A stretch of 64,000 nucleotides of DNA from Eledone cirrhosa (lineage: Eukaryota), in assembly GCA_964016885.1 (NCBI GenBank), contig OZ024740.1, positions 115,878,001 through 115,942,000 of the forward strand. Reading direction: 5' to 3'. Shown here one piece after another: positions 1 to 13,355 of the stretch (positions are counted from its first letter, which is position 1; each line of letters begins with the position of its first letter). The notes under the pieces were generated by a model. The model was not told where the DNA came from. It made no database searches and was given only the letters and a program-made list of their open reading frames with translations. The position numbers and the translations under genes were made by a program.

Positions 1-2125
1 GGTCGTTTAAAAGTTGGCCCTGTTTCCAGGGCATCCCTAGGCCACGCACATTCACACTTCCAACTCGCATATTTGCCATGTTGGTGAAGAAGAGTTGGTG
101 AAAAGACGAAAAGATGCACTTACAGTTTCGTTTCCTGGAGATCGGGTTGTTCGATCTCCATCTGGGTGTTGCTGGAGGTGTTTACTGGGGTGAGGAAACA
201 TTTCAAGAGGACGCGGTTTATGGGTTTCTGGCATGGGTTTCCGACGTCCTGCGAAAATTGGTCTTTTAGTGTGTTGTATGTTTCCTTGGGAACCCTTATT
301 AGTTTTAGGTGTGGTGCTGATTCCGTTTTTGTGCAAGTTTTCCCCTCAGTCTCCACTTTGGGGTCTTTTGGAGATTACTTCCATTAGATTTTTGTTGTTT
401 GTGTTTATATATGTGTATTGTTGTTTGATTTTTTGTTGTGTTGTTTTTGTTTGTTGTTCGTTTTGTAAAATTCTTTTGATGGTGGTCATTTATGCTTGGG
501 GTGGTGTTGGTGTTTGTTTTGCTGGTCTGGGGTTTTGATTGTGGTAGTGTTTGTGTTGTTGTTTGTGCTAGTGGTTGTGTGTTTGTGTTGGTGGATGGTG
601 TTTTTGTGGTTTTGCAGTGTCTTTTTTTTTGTTTTTTTATTTATTTCTGAGGCTCTCCTTCATCTTCGCTTGGGGATGGAAAGGTTGCCTCACCTGATGA
701 TTTGTCCTCAGGGGTGTGTAGGAGGGGTATGTTGTGTGGTGATGGGATGTTTGTGTGTGTGGTTGTGGTAGTGTTGGATCGAGTGTTGGATGGAGTGGGA
801 TGGGATGGGACTGTGTTTTTCAGGGGAATTGTTTGTGTCTTTTCTGTTGTTTGTGGTTGTGCAGTTGTTAGTTTTTGTGTATTTGCTTGTTTTGTGTGTT
901 GTTGTTGTGGTTTTAGTGTTGGTGTTGGTAAAAGTACTTTTTTTGTTAATGTTTATTCGTAACGGACAGGAGGCCTTTAAATGCGATATGCTAAAAGAAC
1001 GAAAACAATGTGGCCTTACTCCTTCAGTCGAAATGTTGATGTGATTAGTATTGTCAACTGGTACTCTCTTCGGAATTTTCGAAATTCTTTCTGGTCTCAT
1101 TTGGACCAGAAATTCCAGATTAGTGCCATTCCAGGTGTTCCTGATTGATTTTCTAATGGAGAGGATGGTGTCCTCTCCTTCCGCCAAGAACCCTGTCAAA
1201 ATCCAATATCCAAAATATTTATTATGTTCGAAATTTTTATTTTTTGTGTCCTTTTTCTCATGTATGTAGGGAAAAAGGTGTGTTTTGCTGAGGTGACCGG
1301 AGTCACAGAGTATCTTTGTGCAAGGGCTTCATTTTTGAAAAGCACCGAAATGCTTCCGTATTGTTTGGCCCTTTGCATAAAGTCAATGTCCGGCAAAGCT
1401 TCCTTCAAGACTGTTTCAATCTCGCCTTGAGTGAGGAATGTCGTTTTTTTTTTTGTGGTGTTGGAGATTGTCCTGAAAATGACTGTCTTGCGAAGAGTCT
1501 GAGCTTGAATTTCGGGGGGTGAATTTATTTTAAACCCACCCTTTTCTGCAAACGTAATGTGTTTTCTTCCTTCACTGATCATTTCTTTTGCATGAGAAAT
1601 GTCTAAGTGAATGAAGTGTTATTGACTAGCTGCAGTTTCAGCAAAAGATTTTTTCTTGTTGTTGTTGTTGTTGTCTTCAATTGTTGTTTCGTTTTTGGTG
1701 GTGAAATTTGTCTGTATAGATGTGGTGTTGTTTTTCCTGTTTAGTATCTGGTATATTTAGTGTAACATCATTTTCTTTACGAAAATTAAACATATTGTTG
1801 CCGTCAACAGACGTTGCTATGGCAGCATCTCTAGAGGCAGACGAGTTGTTGACGTTCAAGTGTACACTCCCCTGCCTATCTGTAGTAGCAGTTTCTAGCG
1901 TTTCTTATTCACAGCTCATTTTTGTGTTGTGATTTTTAAAAACAATTTTGAGATTTTTTCAATTTAAAATTTCGCGCCTGGGGGAAGGGATGAGATGATA
2001 CACCCACTGACAATTCAGACGGGGAGTCAATCTACAAAGTGATATATTTTTATTTTTTAACAAGAAATTCCCGTTGTTTGTATACAAACAAGACAAAGCG
2101 AGAGTGGTACGCGTCCTACTACTCG
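1..2125 (-). mobile_element. Tx1/L1-clade non-LTR retrotransposon copy A (5' UTR, ORF1, start of ORF2; continues past window start)
   Basis: ORF2 begins at 79 (MANMRVGSVNVRGLGMPWKQGQLLND, APE endonuclease N-terminus). ORF1 fragments are homologous to those of copies B and C. The 5' end abuts a (GATA)n tract. Confidence 0.9.
120..1919 (-). pseudogene. ORF1 (gag-like) of Tx1 copy A, frameshifted
   Basis: ORFs 1196-1582, 708-1199 and 120-356 align by eye with ORF1 pieces of copy C (11367-11678, 11078-11413, 10411-10857). Confidence 0.8.
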
Positions 2126-2262
2126 AGATAAATAGATAGAGAGAGAGAGAGATAGAGATAGATAGATATAGACAGATAGATAGATATAGACAGATAGATA
2201 ATTAAATATCTTTCTTTCTTTATTATTTGTTTATTTATTTATAGATAGGTAATAGATAGATA
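2126..2262. repeat. degenerate (GATA)n/(GA)n microsatellite between Tx1 copies A and B
   Basis: direct inspection. Confidence 0.9.
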
Positions 2263-5200
2263 AATTTTTTTTAGTAGCCACAAAGGCACAAAAGAAGGGG
2301 ACAAATACAAATGGGAGTTTACATACAGGTATATGAAAATAAAACTATTAATAAAACAACAAATAACAATTGAAATCCCCAATAGGGGGAGGTGTTACAC
2401 AGGGGTTGTACAAACCCCGAAAAAATGTACAACCCTCATCTCCAGGAGCACCAAGAGTGAGTACTCTCTTCCTCTCTTCCTCTTTTTCCTCAACCTACAG
2501 GCTTATATAGAGAGAAGGCCCAACCACTCGGGCCATCTTTGCCACATTCACCCACCTTTTATAAAATTTGCTGGGGTACAGTACCTCTCTCTCCATCCTG
2601 ATTCTTCTTCCAAAATGATATTTGAAAAACGAATCAGTTGCTCGCCGGAGAGAAAGGTGTCTGACCTCAGCCCTTTTAACATCGTCCACCATATAACCTC
2701 TTTCACCATAGTCCTAACACATAGGAAAACCGCCTCTTCCTCGTTTTTGAAGGAGGGTGGCGGTTTGATCATGACAATGGACTCGTTGGTCAACTGGACT
2801 GGTCCCACCCGCGACAATAGTCGTTCTACATAGCCCCACAGGTCGGTAATGCCCGGGCAGTGTACAAATGCGTGTGCGACGGTTTCCTCGTCGCGCACGC
2901 ATCTCGGACAGATCTTTTTCGAAGGGTCCCTACCCGGGCGCCCGTGTCTGTAGAGCTTGTCTCGAACTGGCAGAGCTCCTCGGTAGCACTGCCAGGCCAG
3001 GGACCTTTGGAAGTTGTCCATTGGTCCCGAGCGGAAGGTCCTACCGAACAGACTGGCCAGTTCGTCCTCCTCTACGCCTAGAGTTTCTCCGAGCGTGTCG
3101 TCGCACTTGCTGCGGACCAACCCTCTATAGAATGTCGAAGTGGAGTCTCCACTGATCGCCAGGTCCGTTTGCCAGAGGACTATGAGCGCCTGAGCACATT
3201 CGATATGCCAGTCGCCCATTTTCCTCGGTCTTTGCTTGACCCAGGTCTGCAGCTCGGTCAACGAGACGAGTTGTGGGAAGGCTCGCCTCACGAATGGGGC
3301 CCACACCGGTTGTCTGGTGAGGAATACGTAGAGGTGCCGCAGCCTTAGCGCGTGTTTGCGCATCGTCAGCCACGGCATCCCCAGCCCTCCGTTTGAAGGG
3401 GGTTGGCAGCAGATGGATCTTCTCACCAAAGGAGCCCGTTTCTTCCAAAGGAATTGGAAGAGCGCGCGCTCCATTTTGGTGTGCGTGTTGGCTGGACAAG
3501 GCACAACGGTCAAGCGGTAGTAGATGACAGACGCTATAAAAGTCTTCGCCACCTCCGCTCGACCTTTCAAGGATAGTTTGCACTCGGCCCACTTCTGGGT
3601 GAGCGCAAATACCTTGGCCGTGACCTCGTTCCAGTTTTTCTCCACCTGGAGGTCAGGACCAAACCAGACCCCGAGTAGCTTTACCGGTCCTTCCGTCCAG
3701 CGTCCGACGACGTCATCGGAAGGCATCGGTTTGCCTCTCCACGTTCCGAGTTGCAAATCGACGGATTTGTCCCAGTTTAGCTTCGCTCCTGTGAACCTTT
3801 CGTATTCCTCCAGTAAGGTGCCGATCTCCCCGATTTGCGAGGTGCTCGACACCATCACTGTCACGTCGTCGGCGTAGGCCGACGCCGCTTTTCGCAGTCC
3901 CGGTTCCAAAGGGATGCCCTGCAATAGCTCCAACTTCCGCAGTAGTGGCTCGAGAGTCAGTACGTACAGAAGGGAGGAGAGAGGTCATCCCTGTCGGATG
4001 GATCGCGTGATATGGAACGGCTCTGATAGGTAGTCGTTCACCTTGACCCTTGAGCAGTTGTTGCTGTTGTGCATTGCCACAATCCAGCCTCTGAACACGG
4101 GACCGAAGCCTGCCGCCTCGAGCACCGCATCCAGGTAACGATGGTCAACCCTATCGAAAGCCTTAGACTGATCCAAGTTGATCAGGGCCCCACCGAAGCC
4201 GGGTTTACACTCTACCCTCTCTATGATGTATCGCATGAGGTGGAGGTTGTCGTGTATGGACCTGGTCGGGATTGCGCATGTCTGCGCTTCTCCCACCAGG
4301 TTTTCGACAACAAGCGCCAGCCTTTTTGCCAACACCTTGGCCAAAATCTGTAACTCTGTTTTGAGCAGAGTTATGGGTCGGAAGTTGCCTATGTCATCCC
4401 CCTTGTTCTCGTCCTTCCTGACTAACGTGATTACGCCCTTGGTCACAGAACTGGGAATTTCCCCGTTCTGCTGCCAGTTGCAGTTGACCGCTTCCAGGAG
4501 ACCGGAGAACAACTCCGGCATTGCTACGTAAAATTCGTAGGGTAGACCGTCGAGACCTCGAGATTTGCGTTTGCCGCATTGGCTCAGTGCGTCCCCTATC
4601 TCAGCGGCCGAAATCAGCCTTTCGCAGAACTTCGCCTCGCTGTTCGAGAGTCGCGGTAGGCCGTCGAGGTATGAACCGAAATCCATAGCCCCTCCCGGCG
4701 CGCCGCCCTGCCCGAACAGTTGAGCAAAGTGCCGCTGAAAGGCCGCGCACATTTGCTTCGGCTCACGTATCACGCATCCGTCTTGGTCCTTCAAAGACCG
4801 AATCGTGGACTTGTTTCCACTTTTTTCCTGTCACTCGGGCCCAGCTAACAGCTTTGGCTCCCTCGTTTCCCAGAGCACGTATTTTGCTTCTGACAAAGCA
4901 ACCTTCATGCTTTGCGTCGAAGAACTGGTCCAAGGTCGTTCTCGTCGCTAGCACACTGGCTACGTTGCCACTCCCAAGTGCCTCTTCTACTTTATCTAGC
5001 AGTTCGTTTTCGGTCTTATTTCTATCTAACACTAATTCTTTACTAAAACCTATCGAGTCTAATCTAACTGCCCTCTTGAGAGAGTACCACCATCTGTTGT
5101 TGACAATGGCCCCCGTCAAGTGCTGCTTAACTAAAGTGCTAATCCGTCTACTGTAGACTTTGCATGTCGGTAACGACAAGTTCAGTTTCCAGTAGCTGGG

Positions 5201-6482
5201 TTCATGTCTATGGGTTTTGTCAAGGTTGACTAAGCAGGTCACTAATTTGTGATCTGAATAGGCAGCCATAAACATTTGTAGACAGCTTAACATGTCCCTA
5301 TCCTTCTTTCTAACTAGAACCCTATCTAGGTACGATCTAGATGTTCCGCTGCGATTAGTCCACGTCCACAGTGGCACAGTTGGAAAATCTAGTCGATATC
5401 TATCGGCCAGGTCAAATCGGCCGATTAACCGTTTGAGGCTGTTACACCCCCTCTATCGGGATATGTTCCCACATAGTCCCAACGTTCATCTAGGATTCCA
5501 TTCCAGTCCCCCACTAACAGCAGGGAGCGGGACTTCCCAGAAAAGTCTCTAGACGTTTGAAGAAGTCTGGCCGCGGTGTCCCGGATGGGGTATATGCGGC
5601 CACCAGCCTGAAGGCTCCACCCTCACTACCGTCAACGTCTAGGACCACCAGTCGTCCCTCCGGGTCCAGATGTACCGTCTGTGTTACCAGGTCCAGGTGT
5701 TTCCGCAGCAAAACGGCAACCCCACCCCCACCTCCCGGCTGACAGAGAGATGCGTAGATCTCAAAGTCGTCGAAGATTGGGGCCAGTTGTCGCTCGCTGT
5801 GGACCCTGGACTCACAAATGGCTACTACATCCATGCTGTGCGACCTGAGGTCGTTTAAGAGTTTGCCCTGTTTCCAGGGCATCTCCAGGCCGCGTACATT
5901 CACACATCCAACTCTTATATTGGCCATGTTGGTGCTGAAAAGTTAAAAGAAGAGGAAAAGAAATCACTCACCTCTTCGTCTCTTGGGGTCCAGGCTGCAC
6001 AATTTCGATGGGGGTGTTGGAGGGGTTGTTTGGTGGGGTGGTGGTCTCTGGAGGGGTGGGGACAGAGATGTTTGGTGGGGAGGGAGGTGTCTGGTGGGAT
6101 GGGGTGGGGGTGGGGAAACATTTTAGTAGGACTCGATTGTAGGGTTTGACGCAGGGGTTACCTACGTCGTTAGGAAATTTTTCTTTTAATTGTTTGTGTG
6201 TGTCCATGGAGGTCCTAATCATTTTAAGATTAGGATTCTCTGAAGAGTGTGTAAAGCATTTCCCTTCGGTCTCCACCGAAGGGTTTTTATATATGGTGTC
6301 TGTTAAAGTTTTATTGTTAGTATTTATGTAGGTGTAACATTTTTGTTGTGTTGGGTTGCTTTTTGTCTGTGGTTCTTGTGTGTGTTTACGTTTTGTAGTA
6401 GGTGTATTGTTTTCAGGAGGGGGTGTTTTTGTTTGTGCTGTTTGCGTCGCTTGTGTTGGTGTTTGTTGCATTTTTGTTTGTA
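2263..6482 (-). mobile_element. Tx1/L1-clade LINE copy B, 5'-truncated within ORF1
   Basis: APE, RT and C-terminal CxxC..HxxxxC ORF2; 3' UTR ends in an A-rich tail at ~2263-2272; ORF1 C-terminal remnant at 5968-6480. Confidence 0.93.
2495..5927 (-). pseudogene. ORF2 (APE endonuclease-reverse transcriptase) of Tx1 copy B, several frameshifts
   Basis: Motifs NVRGL, SYLDR, SDH, WKLN (APE); GLDGLPYEFY, FRPITLL, LDQSKAFDRV, RQG, YADD (RT); CPRC..ETVAHAFVHC. Confidence 0.93.
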
Positions 6483-6661
6483 TTATAATAGATAGATAGA
6501 CATAAAGATAGATAAATAGATTGATAGACATATAGAAAAAAATAGATAGATAGATGTAAAGAGATAGATGTAAAGAGATAGATGGAGAGAGATAGATTTA
6601 GATAGATAGATAGGTAGATAGATAGACATATAGATAGATAGATAGGTAGGTAGAAAAGATA
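6483..6661. repeat. degenerate (GATA)n microsatellite between Tx1 copies B and C
   Basis: direct inspection. Confidence 0.9.
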
Positions 6662-6939
6662 ACTTTCTTTTTATTTGCCACCAGGGCGCCAAAGAGTGGG
6701 CCAAGTACAATGGGGGGAGTTTACATAAAATGGCGTCTTCAATAAGGAGGAGGCAATAACAAAATATAAAAATATAAAAATATAAAAATATAAAATATAA
6801 CAAAAATAAATTGAATAACAAAATCCTCAATAGGAGGAGGCGCCTTGGGGGGTCGCACCCCCCCCCCCGAAAAAGTGTGCAACCCTTCTCCTCAGGAGCA
6901 CAGAGAGAAGGTGCTCCCTTGATCTTTCATCTTTCTCAC

Positions 6940-9900
6940 CTACAGTCTGATGTAGAGTGAAGGCCCATGCACACTGGCCATTCTCGCCACTTTCGCCCAT
7001 CTTTCATAAAAACGGTTGGGGTGCAGCACGTCTCTCTCCATCCTGATCCTTCTTCCGAAATGATATCGGAAGAAACGGACCAGTTGTTGGCCAGAGAGCA
7101 AGGTGTCTGACCTCAGTCCTTTCAGACGCGTCCACCATACAACCTCTTTCATCATGGCTATTACGCACAGAAACACCGCCCCTCCTTCGTTTTTGAAGAG
7201 GGGAGGCGGTTTGATCGTTACAATAGACTCGGTGGTCAACCGGATCGGTCCAACCAGTGACAACAGTCGTTCGACATAGCCCCACAGATCGGCAATGCCC
7301 GAGCAGTGTACCAATTCGTGTACAACGGTTTCCTCGTCGCACACGCATCTGGGACAGATCTTTTTCGAGGGGTCCCTACCCGGGCGCCCGTGTCTGTAGA
7401 GCCTTTCTCGAACGGGTAGAGCCCCTCGGTAGCACTTCCAGGCCAGGGACCTCTGGAAGTTATCCATAGGTCCCGTTGGCCAGTTTGTTTTCCTCCATGT
7501 CTAGGGTTTCTCCGAGGGCGTCGTCGCACCTGCTAACCACCAGCCCTTTATAGAATGACGAGGTGGATTCTCCACTGACAGCCGGGTCCGCCTGCCAGAG
7601 CCGTGAGCGCCTGGGCACACTCGGTGTGCCAGGCGCCCAGTTTTCTCGGTCTTTGCTTGAACCAGGATTGCAGCTCGGTGAGCGAGACGAGTCTGGGAAA
7701 GACTCGCCTCACAAACGGGGCCCACACCGGCTGACCGGTGAGGAATACCTGGAGGTGCCGTAGCCTTAATGCGTGTTTGCGCATCATCAGACACGGAATC
7801 TCCAGCCCTCCTTTCGAAGGGTGTTGACAGCAGATGGATCTCCTCACCATAGAAGCCCGCTTCTTCCAAAGGAATTGGAAGAGTGCGCGCTCCATTTTGG
7901 CGAGTGTTTCCCTTGGTCAAGGCACGACGGTCAGGCGGTAGTAGATGACGGACGCTATATAAGTGTTTGCAACTTCCGCCCTACCTTTCAGGGACAGTTT
8001 GCACTCGGCCACTTCTGGGTCAGTGCAAACACCCTGTTCGTTACCTCACCCCAGTTCTTCTCCACCTGGAGGTCTGGTCCGAACCAGACCCCGAGCAACT
8101 TCACCGGGTCCTCCGTACAGCGCCCGACGACGCCATCGGAGGGCATCGATCTGCCCCTCCACGTGCCGAGTTGCAGACCGATCGACTTGTCCCGGTTCAG
8201 CTTAGCCCCTGTAAACCTTTCGTACTCCTCCAGTAAGGTGCCGATCGCCCCGATTTCCGAGGCCGTCGACACCATTACTGTTACGTCATCTGCGTAGGCC
8301 GATACCGATTTCCGCAATCCCGGTTCCAACGGGATGCCCTGCAACAACTCCAACTTCCGCAGCAGTGGCTCTAGAGTCATTACATACAGAAGGGAGGAGA
8401 GAGGGCACCCTTGTCGGACGGACCGCGTGATTTTGAACGGCTCCGAGAGGTAGCCGTTCACCTTGAGCCTAGAGCAGATGCGGCTGTTGTGCATGGCAGT
8501 GATCCAGCATCTGAAAACGGGTCCGAAGCCTGCCGCCGTTAGCACCGCATCCAGGTAACCATGGTCGACCCTATCGAACGCCTTAGATTGATCCAAGTTG
8601 ATCAGGGCCCCACCAAAGCTGAGTTCGTTCCCAACCCTCTCTATGATGTATCGTATGAGGTGGAGGTTGTCGTGGATGGATCTGGACGGGATAGCTCATG
8701 CCTGCGCACCTCCCACCAGGTTGCCCACGACAAGCGCCAACCTCTTTGCTAGCACCTTGGCAAAAATCTGTAACTCTGTATTTAGCAGAGTTATGGGCGT
8801 GAAATTATTTATATCGTCCCCCTTGTTCTCGTCCTTCCTGACTAGCGTGACTACACCCTTGGTCACAGCACAGGGAATTCTCCCGTCTCCCGTTCTGTTG
8901 CCAGTTGCAGTAGACCGCCCCAAGGAGATCGGGGAACAAGTCCGGCATAGCTAGATATAGTTCGTATGGAAGCTCATCGAGACCCCGAGATTTGCGTTTG
9001 CCGCATTGGTTCAGCACGTCCTCTATCTCAGCGGCTGAAATCGGCTCCTCGCAGGACTTCGCCTCCCCGTTCGAGAGACGCGGCAGGCCGTCGAGGTATG
9101 GACCGAAGTCCACTTCCCCAACCAGTTCCCCGCCCCTTCCGAACAATCTGGCAAAGTGATTTTGAAAAGCCTCGCACACCTGCTTAGGTTCAAGGATCAC
9201 CCGTCCATCCTGGTCTCGCAAAGACCGGATAGTGGATCTACTCCCTCTTTTGGCTTCTGTCACGCGGGCCCAGCTAACAGCTTTGGTCCCCTCGTTTCCC
9301 AGAGCACGTATTTTGCTTCGGACAATGCAGCCTTCGTGTTTCGCGTCGAAGAACTGGCCCAGGGCCGTTCTCGACGCTAGCATTCTGGCCACGTCGCCGC
9401 TTCTAATTGCATCTTCTACACTATCTACCAACTCCCTTTCCTTTCTATTTCTATTTGAGGCTAACTCCTTACTAAATTCTATAGAGACTACTGTAATCTC
9501 TCTTTTGAGAGATCCCCACCACCTGATGTTGACGATGGCGCCCGTCAACCGCTCCTTAACTAAAGTGCTAATCCGGTCCCTGTAAGCCTTACTTGCCGGT
9601 AAGGACAAGTTGAGCTTCCAGTAACCGGGTCCCTGTCTATGCGCTCTGTCAAGGTTGACCATGCAGGTCACTAACTTGTGGTCTGAATATCCAACCATGA
9701 GCATTTTTGGACAACTTAAAATGTCCTTATCCTTATTTCTAACTAAGAACCTATCTAGGTACGACCTAGATGATCCGCTGAGGTTTGCCCAAGTCCAGGT
9801 TGGCGCAGTCGGAAAATCTAGTCGATATCTATCGGCCAGGTCAAATCGACCGATTAACTCTTTGAGGCTGTTACACCCCTCTCTATCGGGACAGACCCCT

Positions 9901-10351
9901 ACGTAGTCCCAACGTGCATCTAGGATACCATTCCAGTCCCCCACTAAAAGTCTCCAGACGATGGAGAAAAGTCTCCAGACGATGGAAGAAGTCCGGCCGC
10001 GTTGACCCGAAAGGGCCGCAGACGGCTACCAGCCTAAATGCTCCGCCTTCACCACTGCCAAGGTCCAGAATAACTAGTCGACCCTCCGGGTCCAAATGTA
10101 CCGTCTGTGTTGCGAGACCCAGATGTTTTTGCAGCAGAACGACAACCCCACCCCACCTCTGGGCTGACAGAGAGATGCGTGCATCTCAAAGTCATCAAAG
10201 GTGGGGCCAGCTGTCGCACGTTGCTGATCCGAGCCTCGCAAATAACCATCACATCTATACGTTGTGACCTGAGGTCATTTAGAAGCATTGCTTGCTTCCA
10301 AGTTGAGCCCAGGCCACGCGGATTTAGACAGCCTACTCTTAGCATAGCCAT
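6940..10351 (-). pseudogene. ORF2 (APE-RT) of Tx1 copy C, disrupted
   Basis: MAMLRVGCLNPRGL, GDWN, SDH, QSKAFDRV, RQGCPLSSLLY, YADD, CPRC..HELVHC; frameshifts, a short tandem duplication near 9947-9990 and a deletion near 7470-7500. Confidence 0.92.
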
Positions 10352-10379
10352 GTTGGTGGTGAAGAGAAAAGGCACTATA

Positions 10380-12127
10380 TCTCTGCGTCCCGGGTATCGG
10401 GCTGCACAATTTACATGAGGGTGGGGGATGGGTTTTTGGGTGGGGTGGTGGTTTGTGGAAGTGTAGGGGCATCAGTGTGTTGTGTTGTTGGGGTGTTTGG
10501 AGTTGTGTGGGTGTTTGGGGAGGGGGTGGGGAAATTTTTTAGGATGACGCGGTTAATGGGCCCGACGCAGGGGGGGAGGGGGGACACGTCCTCTTTAAAG
10601 TTGTTTTTTAGTGTTCTATATGTGTCCTCTGGAGCCTTAATCATTTTGAGGTGGGGGAAATCCCCTGCCTGTGTGCAGTTAGGCCCTTGGGTTTTTACTA
10701 AATTGTTGTTGTATACAATGTTTAGCAGTTTTTTGTTTCTTGTATTTATGTATGTGTATGCATGTTTTTGTTTTTGTGTGGTGTTTTTTGTTTGCGGTTG
10801 TTGTGTGCTCTTTTGTGTTGGTGTCTGTGTTATGTTTTGGGGAGGGGTTGTTTTCATTTGTGTGTCTGAGGTGTGTTTTCCTTTTTTCTTTTGATTGTGT
10901 GGAAGTGCTCCTCCTCGTCTGACGACGAACGGGGGGTCATCTTCCGCGTTGGAGGGGAGGGGTAGATTTTCGGGTTGTGTTTGCGGTGCGGGTGTTTTAG
11001 AAATTGTTTTTTTTAAAGGGGGGGGGGGGGCTGGGTTGGACAGTGTTTTGTTTTGGTTTGAGCTGTGGTTGTTGTTTTTATAGTGATGGTTGTGGTGATT
11101 GTGTTGGTTGTGCAGTTGTTGGTGGTGTAGGCAGGATTGGGGTTTTCTTTTTAAGTTGAGGACAGACAGCCCTCAGGTGACCTCTGGCTCCACAGAGGTA
11201 ACACGAGGGCCGCCTACCCTCAACGGTAATGTTGATAAAAGTTTGATCATCCAGTAATGCGCGTTCAGGGATCTGGGCGATCCTTTCGGGCCTCATTTGA
11301 ACTACAAGTTCGAGGCCCGTTCCACTGAACACGTCACCCGATGCCTTTCCCATGGATATTAGTGTGTCATCGTCTAGGTCCAGGAAACCTGTCAATACCC
11401 ACCATATGTCCATAATCGGAAGGATGGTGTGAATTTTTTATTTTTTGTGTCCTTCTACCTATGTACGTAGGGTAGAAGGTGTATGCGGTGGATGTGATTG
11501 GTTTTATTGACAGTTTCGCTGCCGTGTCCCTGTCCTTCATGAGAATGGATAGACTCCCGTAGAGTCTATCCTTCTGAATGAATATGATGTCTTTCCTGAC
11601 ATCTTTTAAAACCAGCTCTATCTCACTCTGTGATGGTTGAGCTGGTTTTTTGCTTTTGTTTGAGACTGTCCTAAACATGACAGTGTTTAGGAGTCTCTGG
11701 CCTTTTAGTTCCGGTGTGGGGGGGGGGGGGGGGAGTGGATCGAAAATGATCCATTTTCCCCGTACACTATGTATTTTTTGGCATCTGCCAGCAGCACCTT
11801 CGCTTTGCTTATAACTACTGGCAGATAGTCGAGGGTTTTCCTTGCAGTCTGGGTGAAGGAGACCTTTTCCTTGTTCGTGTTGCTGTTGTAGTTGGTGGTG
11901 TTGTTATCATTGTTGTTGTTGGTGTTGTTTTTGTTGTCTTTATTGTTGCTGTTGTTGTTGTTGTTGTTGTTGTTTTTGTTGTTGTTTTCGGTTTCTTGTG
12001 TAGTTGTGGCTACATCAAGTTGTCAGTCAGCAGGTCGATCATCTGCTGCTGTGACAGTGGCAGGGAGAAGCTGTGAGTTTAGCTTCCCTTTTCTTTCTTT
12101 GAATGTTGGTGAAGATGCTTCAGCCAT
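10380..12127 (-). pseudogene. ORF1 of Tx1 copy C with zinc knuckle
   Basis: CYLCGARGHLRAVC (CX2CX4HX4C) in ORF 11078-11413; Thr/Pro/Gln low-complexity linkers. Confidence 0.85.
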
Positions 12128-12381
12128 TTTTATCAAAGTAGGACATTTTTCGAAAGATAACATTTTTTTTTCAACACAATTTCGCCTAAAGGCGTAGAAT
12201 AAATTGAGAGACTGACCAGATCAAAATTTGACCTGGCAGTCCCTCTACAAAATGGTACAAAAATGAAAGTTTACAGTTTGGAATTTCTATGGAAATTTAG
12301 GCAGAACTTACCCAGCAAGTTTTACGCGTGTGTCCATCCCAGAAAGATAGATAGATAAATAGATAATATATATATATATAT

Positions 12382-13037
12382 GGTAAATTTCTTTAAGTCG
12401 TTTGGAAGCCTCGACAATGCAGATGGGTAAATCTCCGGGTAACAAGATCCGGTGGTGGAGAGAGAGATGTAAGTGGGTGTACGTTGAGATGCCTGGCGTG
12501 TAGAAGACTGTAGCGTGTAGAAGAATGTAGGAAAGAGCGTAAAGGATAAAAATAAAAATAATAACACGAGATAGAGTTACCTTGGGAGAGATTTAATTGT
12601 CCATATATATTTCGGATTCACATCCATCAACTGGGTTTTTTTTCCGGGGGGGGGGGGGAGGTTGTCTGTCGGAACGGTGCGAAACGTGTTCTCTGCTGCT
12701 CGTTGTTTTGAATACCTTTCCGACAGACAACCTCCCCCCCGGAAAAACCCCAGTTGATGGATGTGAATCCGAAATATATAGGGACAATTAAATCTCTCCC
12801 AAGGTAACTCTATCTCGTGTTATTATTTTTATTTTTATCCTTTACGCTCTTTCCTACATTCTTCTACACGCTACAGTCTTCTACACGCCACGCATCTCAA
12901 CGTACACCCACTTACATCTCTCTCTCCACCACCGGATCTTGTTACCCGGAGATTTACCCATCTGCATTGTCGAGGCTTCCAAACGACTTAAAGTAATTTA
13001 CCTTATTATTCCACAATGCTTCAAGCAAACTTCAATA

Positions 13038-13041
<4 letters not shown>
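12382..13041 (+). mobile_element. foldback mini-element (arms ~12382-12678 and ~12714-13002, tail to 13041) between (TA)n tracts; degenerate hammerhead-like motif 12748-12783
   Basis: ~295 bp near-perfect inverted repeat; ccc-CAGTTGA-t-ggat gtga atcc-GAAA-tata-TA-ggg. Confidence 0.75.
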
Positions 13042-13082
<41 letters not shown>

Positions 13083-13141
13083 CAAGGCTCTGATACCATC
13101 AACACCATAAACACAGAGGTGTCATATCTAAGAACTGACTA

Positions 13142-13197
13142 ACTGCCTGATGAGGTCATAGCCATTCAATGGCTATCATCGAAATATATATAGCAGT
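13142..13197 (+). ncRNA. minimal type I hammerhead ribozyme
   Basis: actgc-CTGATGA-ggtc atagcca ttcaa tggctat catc-GAAA-tatata-TA-gcagt; helix I actgc/gcagt, palindromic helix III. Confidence 0.85.
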
Positions 13198-13237
13198 AAA
13201 TAAAGGATTATGAGTTAATGCAATTGACTTATGTTTC

Positions 13238-13337
<100 letters not shown>

Positions 13338-13355
13338 GTGTATATATATATATAT

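Larger units (their letters stand above)
6662..12342 (-). mobile_element. Tx1/L1-clade LINE copy C, near full length (~5.7 kb)
   Basis: 5' UTR, ORF1 with CCHC knuckle, ORF2 APE-RT, and a 3' UTR similar to copy B; flanked by (GATA)n on both sides. Confidence 0.93.

Noticed and set aside
5930-5975. Splice-donor-like GTGAGT at the ORF1 stop and TTTTCAG before the ORF2 ATG in Tx1 copy B
   Set aside because: The intron would be only ~37 nt, copy A lacks the AG acceptor and copy C lacks the donor.
233-12197. Hydrophobic plus-strand ORFs over the Tx1 elements
   Set aside because: Antisense shadows of the A/C-rich ORF1 and of ORF2.
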